Positions 1 through 9,400 of a DNA stretch of 32,000 bases are shown piece after piece. The translations under genes and the position numbers were made by a program. The notes beneath the pieces were generated by a model that made no database searches, was not told where the DNA came from, and was given only the letters and a program-made list of their open reading frames with translations. How positions within the stretch are numbered: position 1 is the stretch's first letter; each line of letters starts with the position of its first letter. The stretch is taken from NCBI RefSeq assembly GCF_016592615.1, contig NZ_AP013043.1, positions 840,001 through 872,000 on the forward strand, given 5' to 3'. The stretch is from Isorropodon fossajaponicum endosymbiont JTNG4. GTDB lineage: Bacteria; Pseudomonadota; Gammaproteobacteria; PS1; Pseudothioglobaceae.

Positions 1-131
1 GTAAGAAATGGACGATGCCAATTAGAAATTGGTCACAAGCAGTGAATTAGTTTATAATCCTGCATGAGGATAGATTAAAGGATTATGTCTGATTTTTAAC
101 GAGGGCTTTACACAATCTGGTTTACAGGGTC
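1..131 (+). mobile_element. Right end of an IS256-family insertion sequence (partial, continues left of the window)
   Basis: The reading frame starting at nt 3 translates to KKWTMPIRNWSQAVN*FIILHEDRLKDYV, which resembles the conserved C-terminal tail of IS256/mutator-type transposases. The sequence CTTTACACAATCTGGTTTACAGGGTC (106-131) resembles the IS256 terminal inverted repeat (TTTTACACAAT...). Confidence 0.55.
3..92 (+). pseudogene. IS256-family transposase 3' fragment with an in-frame TAG
   Basis: An in-frame TAG at 48-50 sits where family members usually have Gln (..ALNQF..). The conserved tail continues in frame to TGA at 90-92. Confidence 0.5.
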
Positions 132-316
132 AAGAATCAGTGGAAGTAAATACTGATACCCACCATCTAGATACAATGAAGTCAAAGGTAGAACACCTAA
201 GATTGAAACAACATTGGCTATATTTTTAAACAAAAAATAAAAAGAATGGAATTTTGGAGAGGGAATTATGAATTACGCAAAGGTCTCACTTAACAATAAC
301 TGTTAAAAAAAAAATA

Positions 317-802
317 ATGTATAAATTACTACCCATATTACTAATTTCTAGTGTGATTAGTGCTAATTCGTTGAACAACGATCTCTTTGATAATGGCTTT
401 AAGCACAATGTTTGGCGCGATTTTGAGCAACTGTTCCAACAGTTTAATTATAAAATGAGCCAAATACAAAGCTCTAGTAACTTTGGCACAAAGGGTAGAA
501 GGTACTTTGATAATCAAACAAACAACTACATTATTCAATTAAAAGTTAATGGGCTTAATAAAGAGAACCTTGATATTTCTACCAACAATGGTCGTATTTT
601 TATCAAAGGGCGTGTTAAAAAAATTCAAAACACCGCTCACAGTTCAAGCACCTCGTCTGGCAGTTTTTCCCAATCATTTACACTGCCGTATGATGTTGAT
701 ACTGATAATATCAATGCAAGTTTTAACAATAATATCTTAACTGTCTCTATTCCAAAACTTAAACAGCCAAAACTACAGATACGAAAAATCACTATTCAAT
801 AG
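317..802 (+). CDS. Hsp20/alpha-crystallin family small heat-shock protein with a signal-peptide-like N-terminus
   Basis: ATG at 317. Alpha-crystallin domain pattern YIIQLKVNGLNKENLDIS..GRIFIKG...FSQSFTLPYDVDTDNINASFNNNILTVSIPK. The N-terminus MYKLLPILLISSVISA/NS looks like a Sec signal. Confidence 0.8.
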   Translation: MYKLLPILLISSVISANSLNNDLFDNGFKHNVWRDFEQLFQQFNYKMSQIQSSSNFGTKGRRYFDNQTNNYIIQLKVNGLNKENLDISTNNGRIFIKGRVKKIQNTAHSSSTSSGSFSQSFTLPYDVDTDNINASFNNNILTVSIPKLKQPKLQIRKITIQ

Positions 803-1444
803 TTACTTGCCTTTTTCATCACCCCAAAGTAGTTTATGCAATTGTAATTGCAGTCGTACATTTAGCTGTTGATCCAAAATCCAATCTGCCAATTGCGTTG
901 GCGTAATATCGCCAAATACGGGTGAGAATAATACGCCTGCAGTGGTGGGATATTGGCTCAAAATAGCCACACTCCAATCAAAATCAGCACGTGACCCGAT
1001 GACAAATTTAAGCTGGTCTTTGGTGGTTAATTTTTTAATATTTGTGTATTTATTTTGTTCAGATTCGCCAGAACTTGGGGTTTTAATATCCATAACTATT
1101 GACACTAAACCATTAACCTCTTGTATGTTAATACTACCACTGGTCTCTAAAGAGACTTGATAATTATTTTTAACCAATTCATCTAACAATAAATAGCAGT
1201 TTTTTTGTGCTAATGGCTCACCACCTGTCACACAAATGTAAAGGGTATCGTATCGCTTGATTTTTTTAATAATTTCATCAACTGCCATTAAGTTATTGCC
1301 CTTAAATGCATATTCAGTATCACAATATGTGCATCTAAGTGGGCAGCCTGTTAAGCGAATAAATACGCTAGGCAAGCCAACTTCACGCGCTTCACCTTGA
1401 AGGGAATAAAATATTTCATTAATGTTTAATTTAGTGTTAATCAT
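803..1444 (-). CDS. queE: 7-carboxy-7-deazaguanine synthase (radical SAM, queuosine biosynthesis)
   Basis: [40 protein letters not shown] contains the CxxxCxxC radical-SAM cluster typical of QueE. I chose the ATG at 1444 ([12 protein letters not shown]) because the longer track ORF runs into uvrB. This start overlaps the uvrB stop by 8 nt. Confidence 0.9.
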   Translation of the reverse strand: MINTKLNINEIFYSLQGEAREVGLPSVFIRLTGCPLRCTYCDTEYAFKGNNLMAVDEIIKKIKRYDTLYICVTGGEPLAQKNCYLLLDELVKNNYQVSLETSGSINIQEVNGLVSIVMDIKTPSSGESEQNKYTNIKKLTTKDQLKFVIGSRADFDWSVAILSQYPTTAGVLFSPVFGDITPTQLADWILDQQLNVRLQLQLHKLLWGDEKGK

Positions 1445-3467
1445 AATGCTTTTTAAATTGAGTGTCTTTGAGCTGTTTAATCTGATTACGCACATCTGCT
1501 GCACGCTCAAACGCCAAATCGCTAGCAAAACCATACATTTTCTTTTCTAATATTTTAATTTCTTTTGCTAATTGCACGGGTAAAAGTTGGGTAAACACTT
1601 TCTGAGTACCATCTTCCTCGATCTGGTTACTGGTTAAATCTGTATCAAGGATATTAATAATAGGCTTATCAATGCCTTTAGGAGTGATGTTGTTTTTCAA
1701 ATTATAAGCTTGCTGTTTAATCCGACGTCTTTTGGTTTCATCCATCGCTTTTTGCATCGATTTGGTTATGCGAGCAACGTATAAAATGACGTGTCCATTT
1801 ATATTTCTAGCTGCTCGCCCCATGGTTTGAATTAATGAGCGTTCAGAGCGTAAAAAACCTTCTTTATCCGCATCTAAAATAGCCACCAAAGACACCTCAG
1901 GAATATCCAAACCTTCACGTAATAGATTAATACCAACCAGAACATCAAATATACCTAAGCGCAAATCGCGAATAATTTCCACCCTTTCAACCGTATCAAT
2001 ATCAGAATGTAAGTAACGAACTTTAACATGATGGTCGTTTAAGTAATCACTTAACTGCTCACTCATTTTTTTGGTCAAAGTTGTCACCAATACGCGTTCG
2101 CCCGCTTTAACGCGCATACGTATTTCACTCAGTAAATCATCCACCTGAGTATCCACAGGTCGAATGTCAATCTCAGGGTCTAACAATCCTGTTGGCCTTA
2201 CTACTTGTTCAGCAATCACACTAGAAACTTCCAACTCATATTGTGCAGGCGTGGCAGACACCAAGATACATTGATGAACTCTGTCTTCAAATTCTGAAAA
2301 TTTAAGTGGTCGATTATCCAACGCACTTGGTAGGCGAAAACCAAACTCAACAAGCGTTTTTTTGCGTGCCCTATCACCTTTATACATACCACCAATTTGG
2401 CTAACAGTCACATGCGATTCATCTAAAATTACCAATGCATTATCGGGCAAATAATCCAACAATGTTGAGGGTGGCTCGCCAGGGTTTTGATTGGATAAAT
2501 AGCGCGAGTAATTCTCAATACCTGTGCAGTATCCTAACTCGCGCATCATTTCGATATCCATATGTACGCGTTGTGTTAAGCGCTGTTCCTCAACTAATTT
2601 ATTCACAGACAATAACTCACTTCTGCGATCTTTTAGTTCTGCTTTAATATCATCTAACATATTCAAAATTTTAGATTTTGGTGTAACGTAGTGTGTTTGT
2701 GGATAGATGGTAATTCTTTGCAAAGACTTTAGTTTTTCCCCTGTTAAAGGATCAAACCAATAAAGTTGTTCAATTTCTTCATCAAACATTTCAATGCGTA
2801 TGGCTTGTTCTTCAGAATCAGCAGGAAAAATATCAATCACTTCACCTTTAACTTGAAAATGACCACGTATTAAAGTAGCATTACTACGCGAATATTGCAT
2901 TTGCGACAAACGTGAAAGTATCTCACGCTGATTAGTAATTTCCCCGACACTCAAATGCAGCAACATGGCCATATAACTTTCAGGGTTGCCCAGGCCATAA
3001 ATAGCAGACACACTAGCAATAATAATAACATCATCACGCTCTAATAACGCCTTAGTGGCAGATAGGCGCATTTGCTTAATTTGCTCATTAATAGAAGAGT
3101 CTTTTTCGATATAAGTATCAGAGGCGGGTACATAAGCTTCTGGCTGATAATAATCATAATAAGAAACAAAATATTCCACTGAATTGTGTGGAAAAAACTC
3201 CTTCATCTCACTATACAATTGTGCTGCTAATGTTTTATTGGGTGCCATAATCAAACTGGGGCGCTTAGTCTGTTGAATAACATTGGCCAATGTAAAGGTT
3301 TTACCCGAGCCAGTTACGCCAAGCAAAGTTTGAAACTTAGCACCAGCATTCACACCATCAACCAAAGTTTTAATCGCTTCTGGCTGATCCCCACTAGGGG
3401 AAAATTTCGATATCAGTTGAAATTTATTGTCCACACGCAAGATTTTTTCATTAACATAAACACTCAA
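1437..3467 (-). CDS. uvrB: Excinuclease ABC subunit B
   Basis: 676 aa with [11 protein letters not shown]-type N-terminus ([15 protein letters not shown]), Walker [10 protein letters not shown], helicase motifs and a C-terminal UVR domain ([13 protein letters not shown]). The start appears to be TTG at 3467, because no in-frame ATG lies upstream of the conserved N-terminus. Confidence 0.97.
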   Translation of the reverse strand: MSVYVNEKILRVDNKFQLISKFSPSGDQPEAIKTLVDGVNAGAKFQTLLGVTGSGKTFTLANVIQQTKRPSLIMAPNKTLAAQLYSEMKEFFPHNSVEYFVSYYDYYQPEAYVPASDTYIEKDSSINEQIKQMRLSATKALLERDDVIIIASVSAIYGLGNPESYMAMLLHLSVGEITNQREILSRLSQMQYSRSNATLIRGHFQVKGEVIDIFPADSEEQAIRIEMFDEEIEQLYWFDPLTGEKLKSLQRITIYPQTHYVTPKSKILNMLDDIKAELKDRRSELLSVNKLVEEQRLTQRVHMDIEMMRELGYCTGIENYSRYLSNQNPGEPPSTLLDYLPDNALVILDESHVTVSQIGGMYKGDRARKKTLVEFGFRLPSALDNRPLKFSEFEDRVHQCILVSATPAQYELEVSSVIAEQVVRPTGLLDPEIDIRPVDTQVDDLLSEIRMRVKAGERVLVTTLTKKMSEQLSDYLNDHHVKVRYLHSDIDTVERVEIIRDLRLGIFDVLVGINLLREGLDIPEVSLVAILDADKEGFLRSERSLIQTMGRAARNINGHVILYVARITKSMQKAMDETKRRRIKQQAYNLKNNITPKGIDKPIINILDTDLTSNQIEEDGTQKVFTQLLPVQLAKEIKILEKKMYGFASDLAFERAADVRNQIKQLKDTQFKKHYD

Positions 3468-3494
3468 TTTTAATCTATTTTCTTATTAATAACC

Positions 3495-4673
3495 ATGTCA
3501 GCACATCTTTCCGATAGGGTTCAAAAAGTTAAACCTTCAGCCACGCTTGCTGTTACTGCAAAAGCCAATGAATTAAAATCTCAAGGTATTCAAATTGTAT
3601 CCATGGGTTCTGGTGAGCCAGACTTTGACACCCCTGAAAACATTCAAAAAGCAGCTATACAGGCTATTAAAAATGGTCAAACTCGTTACACAGCGGTAGA
3701 TGGTACACCTATATTAAAACAAGCGATTATTGACAAATTTAAACGAGAAAATAACTTAACTTACACCAATACTGAGGTCATGGTTTCATCAGGTGGCAAA
3801 CAAGTATTTTATAATCTATGCCAAGCTGTGCTAAATCAAGGTGATGAAGTGATTATCCCTGCACCTTTTTGGGTAAGTTACCCAGATATGGCTCTTTTAG
3901 CTGATGCAACACCAATCATTATTGAAACAGGATTGGAGCAAGACTTTAAAATCACACCAGAGCAACTAGAGGCAAGCATTACTAGCAATACTAAATTATT
4001 TGTTATTAACAGCCCTTCTAACCCTACAGGTGCGGTTTATTCTCAAGCTGAGTTACAAGCACTAGCAAAGGTATTAAAAAAACACCCAAAAGTATTAATC
4101 ATCACCGATGACATTTATGAGCATATTCGTTGGGGCAATGATGATGGCTTTGTTAATATTGTTATGGCTGATAAAACACTGAAGAATCACACCATTATTC
4201 TCAATGGCGTGTCTAAAGCCTATGCGATGACTGGTTGGCGCATTGGCTATAGCGCAGGTCCAGAAAATATTATTAAGGCCATGAAAAAAATCCAAGGTCA
4301 GTCCACCTCCAATCCTTGTTCAATTGCCCAAGCTGCCGCTTTAGAAGCTTTAAATGGCGATCAAAGCATTATTAATATAATGGTTTGCGCTTTTGAGAAA
4401 AGGCATGACTTTATTGTTGACGCATTAAATGCAATTGATGGCATTGAATGCCCCAAATCACAAGGTGCCTTTTATGCCTTCCCAAGAGTTAAAGGCTTAA
4501 TTAGTCGCCTTGGTTTAAAAAACGATATTGAACTTTCTACTTACTGCTTAGAAGTGTTAAACATTGCATTAGTCCCAGGTTCAGCCTTTGGTGCACCAGA
4601 CTATGTGCGTTTTTCGTTTGCCACGAGTATGGACAACATAAAGCAAGCCGTTGAAAAACTCAGCAAGGTCTAA
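3495..4673 (+). CDS. aspC: Class I PLP-dependent aspartate aminotransferase
   Basis: 392 aa with ATG at 3495. The PLP-lysine context SKAYAMTGWRIGY, the NPSNPTG motif (INSPSNPTGAVY) and overall class I aminotransferase layout are present. Confidence 0.88.
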   Translation: MSAHLSDRVQKVKPSATLAVTAKANELKSQGIQIVSMGSGEPDFDTPENIQKAAIQAIKNGQTRYTAVDGTPILKQAIIDKFKRENNLTYTNTEVMVSSGGKQVFYNLCQAVLNQGDEVIIPAPFWVSYPDMALLADATPIIIETGLEQDFKITPEQLEASITSNTKLFVINSPSNPTGAVYSQAELQALAKVLKKHPKVLIITDDIYEHIRWGNDDGFVNIVMADKTLKNHTIILNGVSKAYAMTGWRIGYSAGPENIIKAMKKIQGQSTSNPCSIAQAAALEALNGDQSIINIMVCAFEKRHDFIVDALNAIDGIECPKSQGAFYAFPRVKGLISRLGLKNDIELSTYCLEVLNIALVPGSAFGAPDYVRFSFATSMDNIKQAVEKLSKV

Positions 4674-4710
4674 AAACTACCATACTAAGCCAGTATTTTA
4701 AAATAAAAAA

Positions 4711-4739
4711 AATCCTATCATGTAGATAGGATTTTTTTG
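4711..4739. terminator. Rho-independent terminator hairpin, probably bidirectional
   Basis: AATCCTATC (4711-4719), loop ATGTA, GATAGGATT (4725-4733), flanked by an A-run upstream and a T-run downstream. It lies 38 nt after the aspC stop and just outside the island att repeat, so it was probably also the original tRNA-Asn terminator. Confidence 0.75.
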
Positions 4740-4744
4740 CATTA

Positions 4745-4761
4745 ATGGCTCCTCGAGGTGG
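4745..4761. repeat. Distal att site: duplicated tRNA-Asn 3' end fragment
   Basis: ATGGCTCCTCGAGgTGG here versus ATGGCTCCTCGAGcTGG at 20735-20751. Confidence 0.85.
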
Positions 4762-4820
4762 AGTGTAACTATCCCTAATATACCTTACTACAAGTACATT
4801 ACAAACAATATAGGTAATTT

Positions 4821-4844
4821 TGTACTCACAAATGTACTCACAAA
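4821..4844 (+). repeat. Tandem 12-bp repeat TGTACTCACAAA x2, a candidate integrase arm-type binding site
   Basis: Two perfect tandem copies. Related copies TATACTCACAAT and TGTACTCACTTT occur in the same orientation at 20591-20614, at the other island end. Confidence 0.5.
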
Positions 4845-5073
4845 TGAATTAGTTATTTATTATGGATTTACTAATAATAACTGGTAATTTATAGTTAATG
4901 AGAATGGTTCTCATCTAGTGATTGATAGACCCTCCCTCTAACTTTTATATTCAATTAGACCCACCCTGGGGGCCCCTAATGGCAGTACGGATGTATTAAT
5001 AAACCATCACTTTTAGATGAAACAGGATTTCAAATTAATCATCCAGTATTTCATTTTGGTCTACAATTGACCT

Positions 5074-5427
5074 ATGAAACTAAAAATATTATCAACTTTA
5101 TTAATATCATTAGGGATAGCTATCAGCTACCCAGCTCTAGCTGATGAATCAACTCAAGCTAAGAAAGACCATTTAAATAAGGTTTATGAAAAATTTAAAA
5201 GTGAATGGAGAATCCCAAAAGCAAAAGATGGCTGGACTTGTGAAGTGTATATCTTGCAAGATAGAGATGGCAATGTATTGAAGAGTAATGTCAGTAAATG
5301 TAATACTGATGATAAGAGGTTTATTAGTCAAACTGAGAAGGCTGTCAAACTAGCATCACCTTTTCCTAGGGCATCAGACGAAGTATTTACCAGTGAGTTG
5401 ATTCTAAACCCAACAATAAAGGGGTGA
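5074..5427 (+). CDS. Secreted protein with a TolA/TonB C-terminal-like domain
   Basis: Signal peptide MKLKILSTLLISLGIAISYPALA/DE. The remainder (W.IPK....W.CEVYILQDRDGNVLKSNVSKCNTDDKRFISQTEKAVKLASPFPRASDEVF) follows the TolA domain III / TonB_C pattern. Confidence 0.6.
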   Translation: MKLKILSTLLISLGIAISYPALADESTQAKKDHLNKVYEKFKSEWRIPKAKDGWTCEVYILQDRDGNVLKSNVSKCNTDDKRFISQTEKAVKLASPFPRASDEVFTSELILNPTIKG

Positions 5428-5446
5428 CGTTGATGTTCTTAGAAAG

Positions 5447-5929
5447 ATGCGGAAAAGAGTATTAGACGGAGACCTTAAGGCAATAAAGGCGGCTGAAGTA
5501 CTTAAGAAGTATCTTGATAAGAAGATGGAGGATGACCCAGTCTTTCGCCAATCTATGGAAGACACAAAGGAGAGGCGACTTAACCAACTTAGAGATGCCG
5601 TTATCGCTCTAAAAAGTGGTGATTCTAAAACTGCCTTTAAGATTTGGCTGCCATTTGCTGAAAGAGGAAGTAGCACTATACAATGGAATATAGGTTCACT
5701 ATATCAATTAGGCGAAGGCGTTGATAAGAACATAGATAAAGCTTTCTATTGGTACGAGAAATCAGCTGAAAAAGGGTATCACGCTGGTCAACACAGCCTA
5801 GGCAAAATGTATCAAAAAGGTACTGGGGTAACCCAAGATATTGATAAGGCTGTTTACTGGTATAAGAAAGCAGCTAAGCAAGGGAATAAGCAAGCACTTG
5901 AGGTACTTGATGAATATAATTTAAATTAA
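5447..5929 (+). CDS. Sel1-like (SLR) repeat protein
   Basis: Consecutive Sel1-type repeats: IQWNIGSLYQLGEGVDKNIDKAFYWYEKSAEKGYHAGQHSLGKMYQKGTGVTQDIDKAVYWYKKAAKQGNKQA. Confidence 0.8.
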   Translation: MRKRVLDGDLKAIKAAEVLKKYLDKKMEDDPVFRQSMEDTKERRLNQLRDAVIALKSGDSKTAFKIWLPFAERGSSTIQWNIGSLYQLGEGVDKNIDKAFYWYEKSAEKGYHAGQHSLGKMYQKGTGVTQDIDKAVYWYKKAAKQGNKQALEVLDEYNLN

Positions 5930-5942
5930 ATTAAATTATATT

Positions 5943-6353
5943 ATGATAATTAAACACCTTAGAACAGGATTTTTATTTATTGTTGGGATAATATGTTTTG
6001 GATCTATATATCACGTTGCTGGTCTTTATGCTCGGCACATTATTGATTCTGGTATACCTGGCTCAATAATTACCAGCTTGATTGGTGCTGCATTTGTAAC
6101 ATTCATTCCTATAATTGCTCATCTAGCAATTGTTGGGAATAAAGCTCCTGTTAAAGACCACGAACTAACTAGTAGAAGTATATTTCTAAATTTTGGTTTG
6201 TTTTGTTTTGTTGTAACTTTTTTAATTACTTTGTTAATTCGTTCTGATTTTTTAATCAGTTATTACAGTCTTGCAACTGTGTTGTTAGCAATATGGACGT
6301 TTTTTGGAATCGCTCAAATGATTGCTACACTTGATTTCGATAAAGAAGATTAA
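5943..6353 (+). CDS. Small integral membrane protein (about 4 TM segments), unknown function
   Basis: ATG at 5943. The 136-aa product is dominated by hydrophobic stretches. Confidence 0.6.
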   Translation: MIIKHLRTGFLFIVGIICFGSIYHVAGLYARHIIDSGIPGSIITSLIGAAFVTFIPIIAHLAIVGNKAPVKDHELTSRSIFLNFGLFCFVVTFLITLLIRSDFLISYYSLATVLLAIWTFFGIAQMIATLDFDKED

Positions 6354-6489
6354 GTTAATCTATCAATTAGAAGAAGAATGGGCGATACAAAATTAAAAGG
6401 GAGCAATGAACTTTATTGATTTAAGAAATAATCGTATAAAGGAAATTTGCATAGCTTGCCTAGCTTAAATACTAATAAAGAATAATATT

Positions 6490-9400
6490 ATGGCGGAGAC
6501 AAAACATCTTATACCTGGACTATTCTGGAGACTCCTTGGATTCAAAGGTGGTTCTATTGATATTAGTGAAAAAGGGATAACATTACACAAAAGTGATAAA
6601 AGCTACTTTATTGATAACCATGCCTTTGTAAAGAAAGGATTTATTACAGGAGGATGGCCTAGTTTTCTTGTATTCAACACCACCCAAGGTGAAATTAAGT
6701 TTGGCCCCCTATCCCACGCTAAAGCCACACAGGCATACGAATGGCTACAAAGCTATTGGTATAAAGAAATCTTCCCTGAAATAAATAAAACATTCAAGAG
6801 CTTACAGCGAAGACTTACGAGTCGATATATTAGAAGTTCCCAGTGGCCTGAGATTATAAGTGATGCACAATCTGCATTAAATAGATTTGTAAAGCCACCT
6901 AACGAAGGTTTGGTGGATGACAAGATAAGACATCCTTTTATCAAGATAAACATCTATGCCCATATGGAAAGAGACAAATTGGATGATTATCGAAAAGAAT
7001 ATCTAACTCGAAAGAAGAAACAATTTAAGAAGTATTTTAAGAATATCGAATCTCACCCATTAACCGAAGACCAAATCGAAGCCTGCATCATAGATGAAGA
7101 CAACAACCTAGTATTGGCTGGAGCTGGTACAGGTAAGACCAGCACCATGGTTGGTAGAGCTGGATTTCTGTTGGAAAGTAAACAAGCTAAACCTGAAGAT
7201 ATACTAATGCTTGCATTTACCAAAGAAGCATCCAAAGAAATGCAAGAAAGAATGCAGCAAAGGATAAATAGAGATGATGTAAGTATTAGCACCTTTCATA
7301 AACTAGGCATAAATATCCTCTCTGAAGTTGAAGGTGGTCAGCCTAATATTAGTAAATATGCTGAAGACAACAAATCTAAAAATAGCGTATTCAAACAAGA
7401 TGTTAGCAAGTGGATTGACGAGCTATTAGAACAAGACAGTTATAAAGATAAAGTTATTAAGTATTTTGAAGATTACTTATATGTAGAAAAGAGTCCGTTC
7501 GATTTTAAAACTCAAGGTGAGTACTTTACTTATATCGAGGCTGATGAAATACGAACCTTTAAAGGTGTAAAAGTAAAAGGCCATGGTGAGCGAATTGTAG
7601 CAAATTTTCTTCTCAGGATGGGCATTGAGTACGAGTATGAAGCCAAATATAAATTTGATACAAAAACAATAGAGTACAGACAATATAAACCTGATTTTTA
7701 TCTACCTGAACATGATGTTTATATTGAACATTTAGGAGTAGATAGAGACGAATCGACTGCTCCCTACATTGACAAAGATTTATACCATCAGGGAATACGG
7801 TGGAAGCGTAATATTCATAAAATCAATAAAACCAATCTAATCGAGACATTCTATTATGAGCATAAAGACGGAACATTAAGAAGCAACCTAACCAAAAAGC
7901 TTAATGACTTAGGTATTGAGTGTAATCCATTGCCAAACGATGCAATTATCGAAACCTTACGTGAACATGAGGAAATAACCAAGTTCTCCGATTTAATGGC
8001 TGAGATTATTAAGAGATATAAAGCCAACTGGTTTGATCAAGACAAGTTAAACAGCAAGATAAACGCTTCTCCGTATAAGAAACATTTAAATATTGCATTA
8101 GAGTTAATGATGCCATTGATGAATAGGTATGAAAAAATACTAAGGGATAACGACGAGATAGACTTCGAAGATATGATTGGTAAAGCTTTGGAGTATGTAT
8201 TGGATGGTAGTTTTAAGCCACAATGGAAATTCATTATGGTTGATGAGTTCCAAGATATATCAGATCCTAGAGCTAGACTAGTACAAGCATTAAAAGAGAA
8301 ATCAGTTGACTGCTCTTTGTTCTGTGTTGGGGATGATTGGCAGGCTATTTACAGGTTTAGTGGGAGTGATATTAGTTTTACAACAGGATTCTCAGAATAC
8401 TTTGGAGCAACACAATTTACCAAGCTTAAAAAGACTTTCAGGTTTAATAATAGCATTGCAGAAGTGTCTTCACAATTTGTTCTAAAGAATCCTTTTCAAA
8501 CCAAGAAATCAATAACCACCCTCAGCAAGGTTAAAAAACCAGCTATTTCTATACTTAGAGAAAGTAATAAAGTTGTTGCTGGAGATGACAAGGAACTAAA
8601 TTTACTGTTAAGGAGGCTTGCCAAACAACCAGATAACAACAATTCTCCTTATTTATTAGGCAGATATATGCAGGTAGACAAAGTCCTGCAAGCTATTAAT
8701 AAATTAGACCGAAAAGTTTCTGTATTAATCTTAGGGAGATATAAATATACAATACCTAGCCCTGCAGAAATGAAACTGCATAAGGAAAAGTTTCCTAATT
8801 TAGAATTGAATAAACACACAGTCCATGCTTCAAAAGGTAAAGAGGCAGATTACGTTATTGTTATGAGATTACAGTCTGGAAAAGATGGCTTTCCTTCGGA
8901 AAAAACAAATAATCCACTACTAGACGCCCTACTACCAACCCCTGAAGATTTTGAATTTGCAGAGGAAAGAAGATTGTTTTATGTGGCAATTACAAGAGCT
9001 AAAAAGCGTTCTTATTTAATAGCTGATATGTCTACCTCTTCAAGCTTTGTAAATGAACTTATCAATGAGGATTACGACATTGAGTTGAATGAGTTTGAAA
9101 TCGCCCAAGAACAACGAATCTTTCAAAAGTTTCATTGTATCAAATGTGAAACTGGAGTTATGCAACACAAAGTCAGGCGTAAAGATAATGCCACCTTCTA
9201 TGGCTGTTCTCACTGGTCCCTTTGTAAGCACACAGAAAATGAATGCAGTCACTGTGGAGGTGCAATGACAAGGGTTAATGAATCTAATAAATATAGAGTT
9301 TGTTTGCCTTGTAAGAATTGGGTGTTAGTTTGCCCTGATTGCGGTGACGATATGAAGTGCATTTCTGGTAAATACGGCCTATTCTGGAGAGGTTTGCGTT

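Noticed and set aside
1445-1534. N-terminal 30-codon extension of the queE track ORF
   Set aside because: It lies entirely inside the uvrB coding region. The conserved QueE sequence begins after the internal ATG at 1444.
4954-4982. Similarity of AGACCCACCCTGGGGGCCCC to the ACACCCTGGGGGTGTC hairpin at 20700-20726, considered as a possible second att or repeat
   Set aside because: Only about 10 nt (ACCCTGGGGG) are shared, and the left copy does not form the hairpin. That is too short to support a repeat relationship.
341-9252. Various 60-80-aa ORFs antisense or out of frame within Hsp20, queE, uvrB, aspC and the HelD-like gene (for example 341-538, 549-740, 942-1160, 2435-2647, 3273-3473, 4095-4295, 6753-6953, 7053-7292, 7477-7683, 8037-8234, 9040-9252)
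   Set aside because: Each is embedded in a longer ORF with clear family motifs. None has motifs or translation signals of its own.
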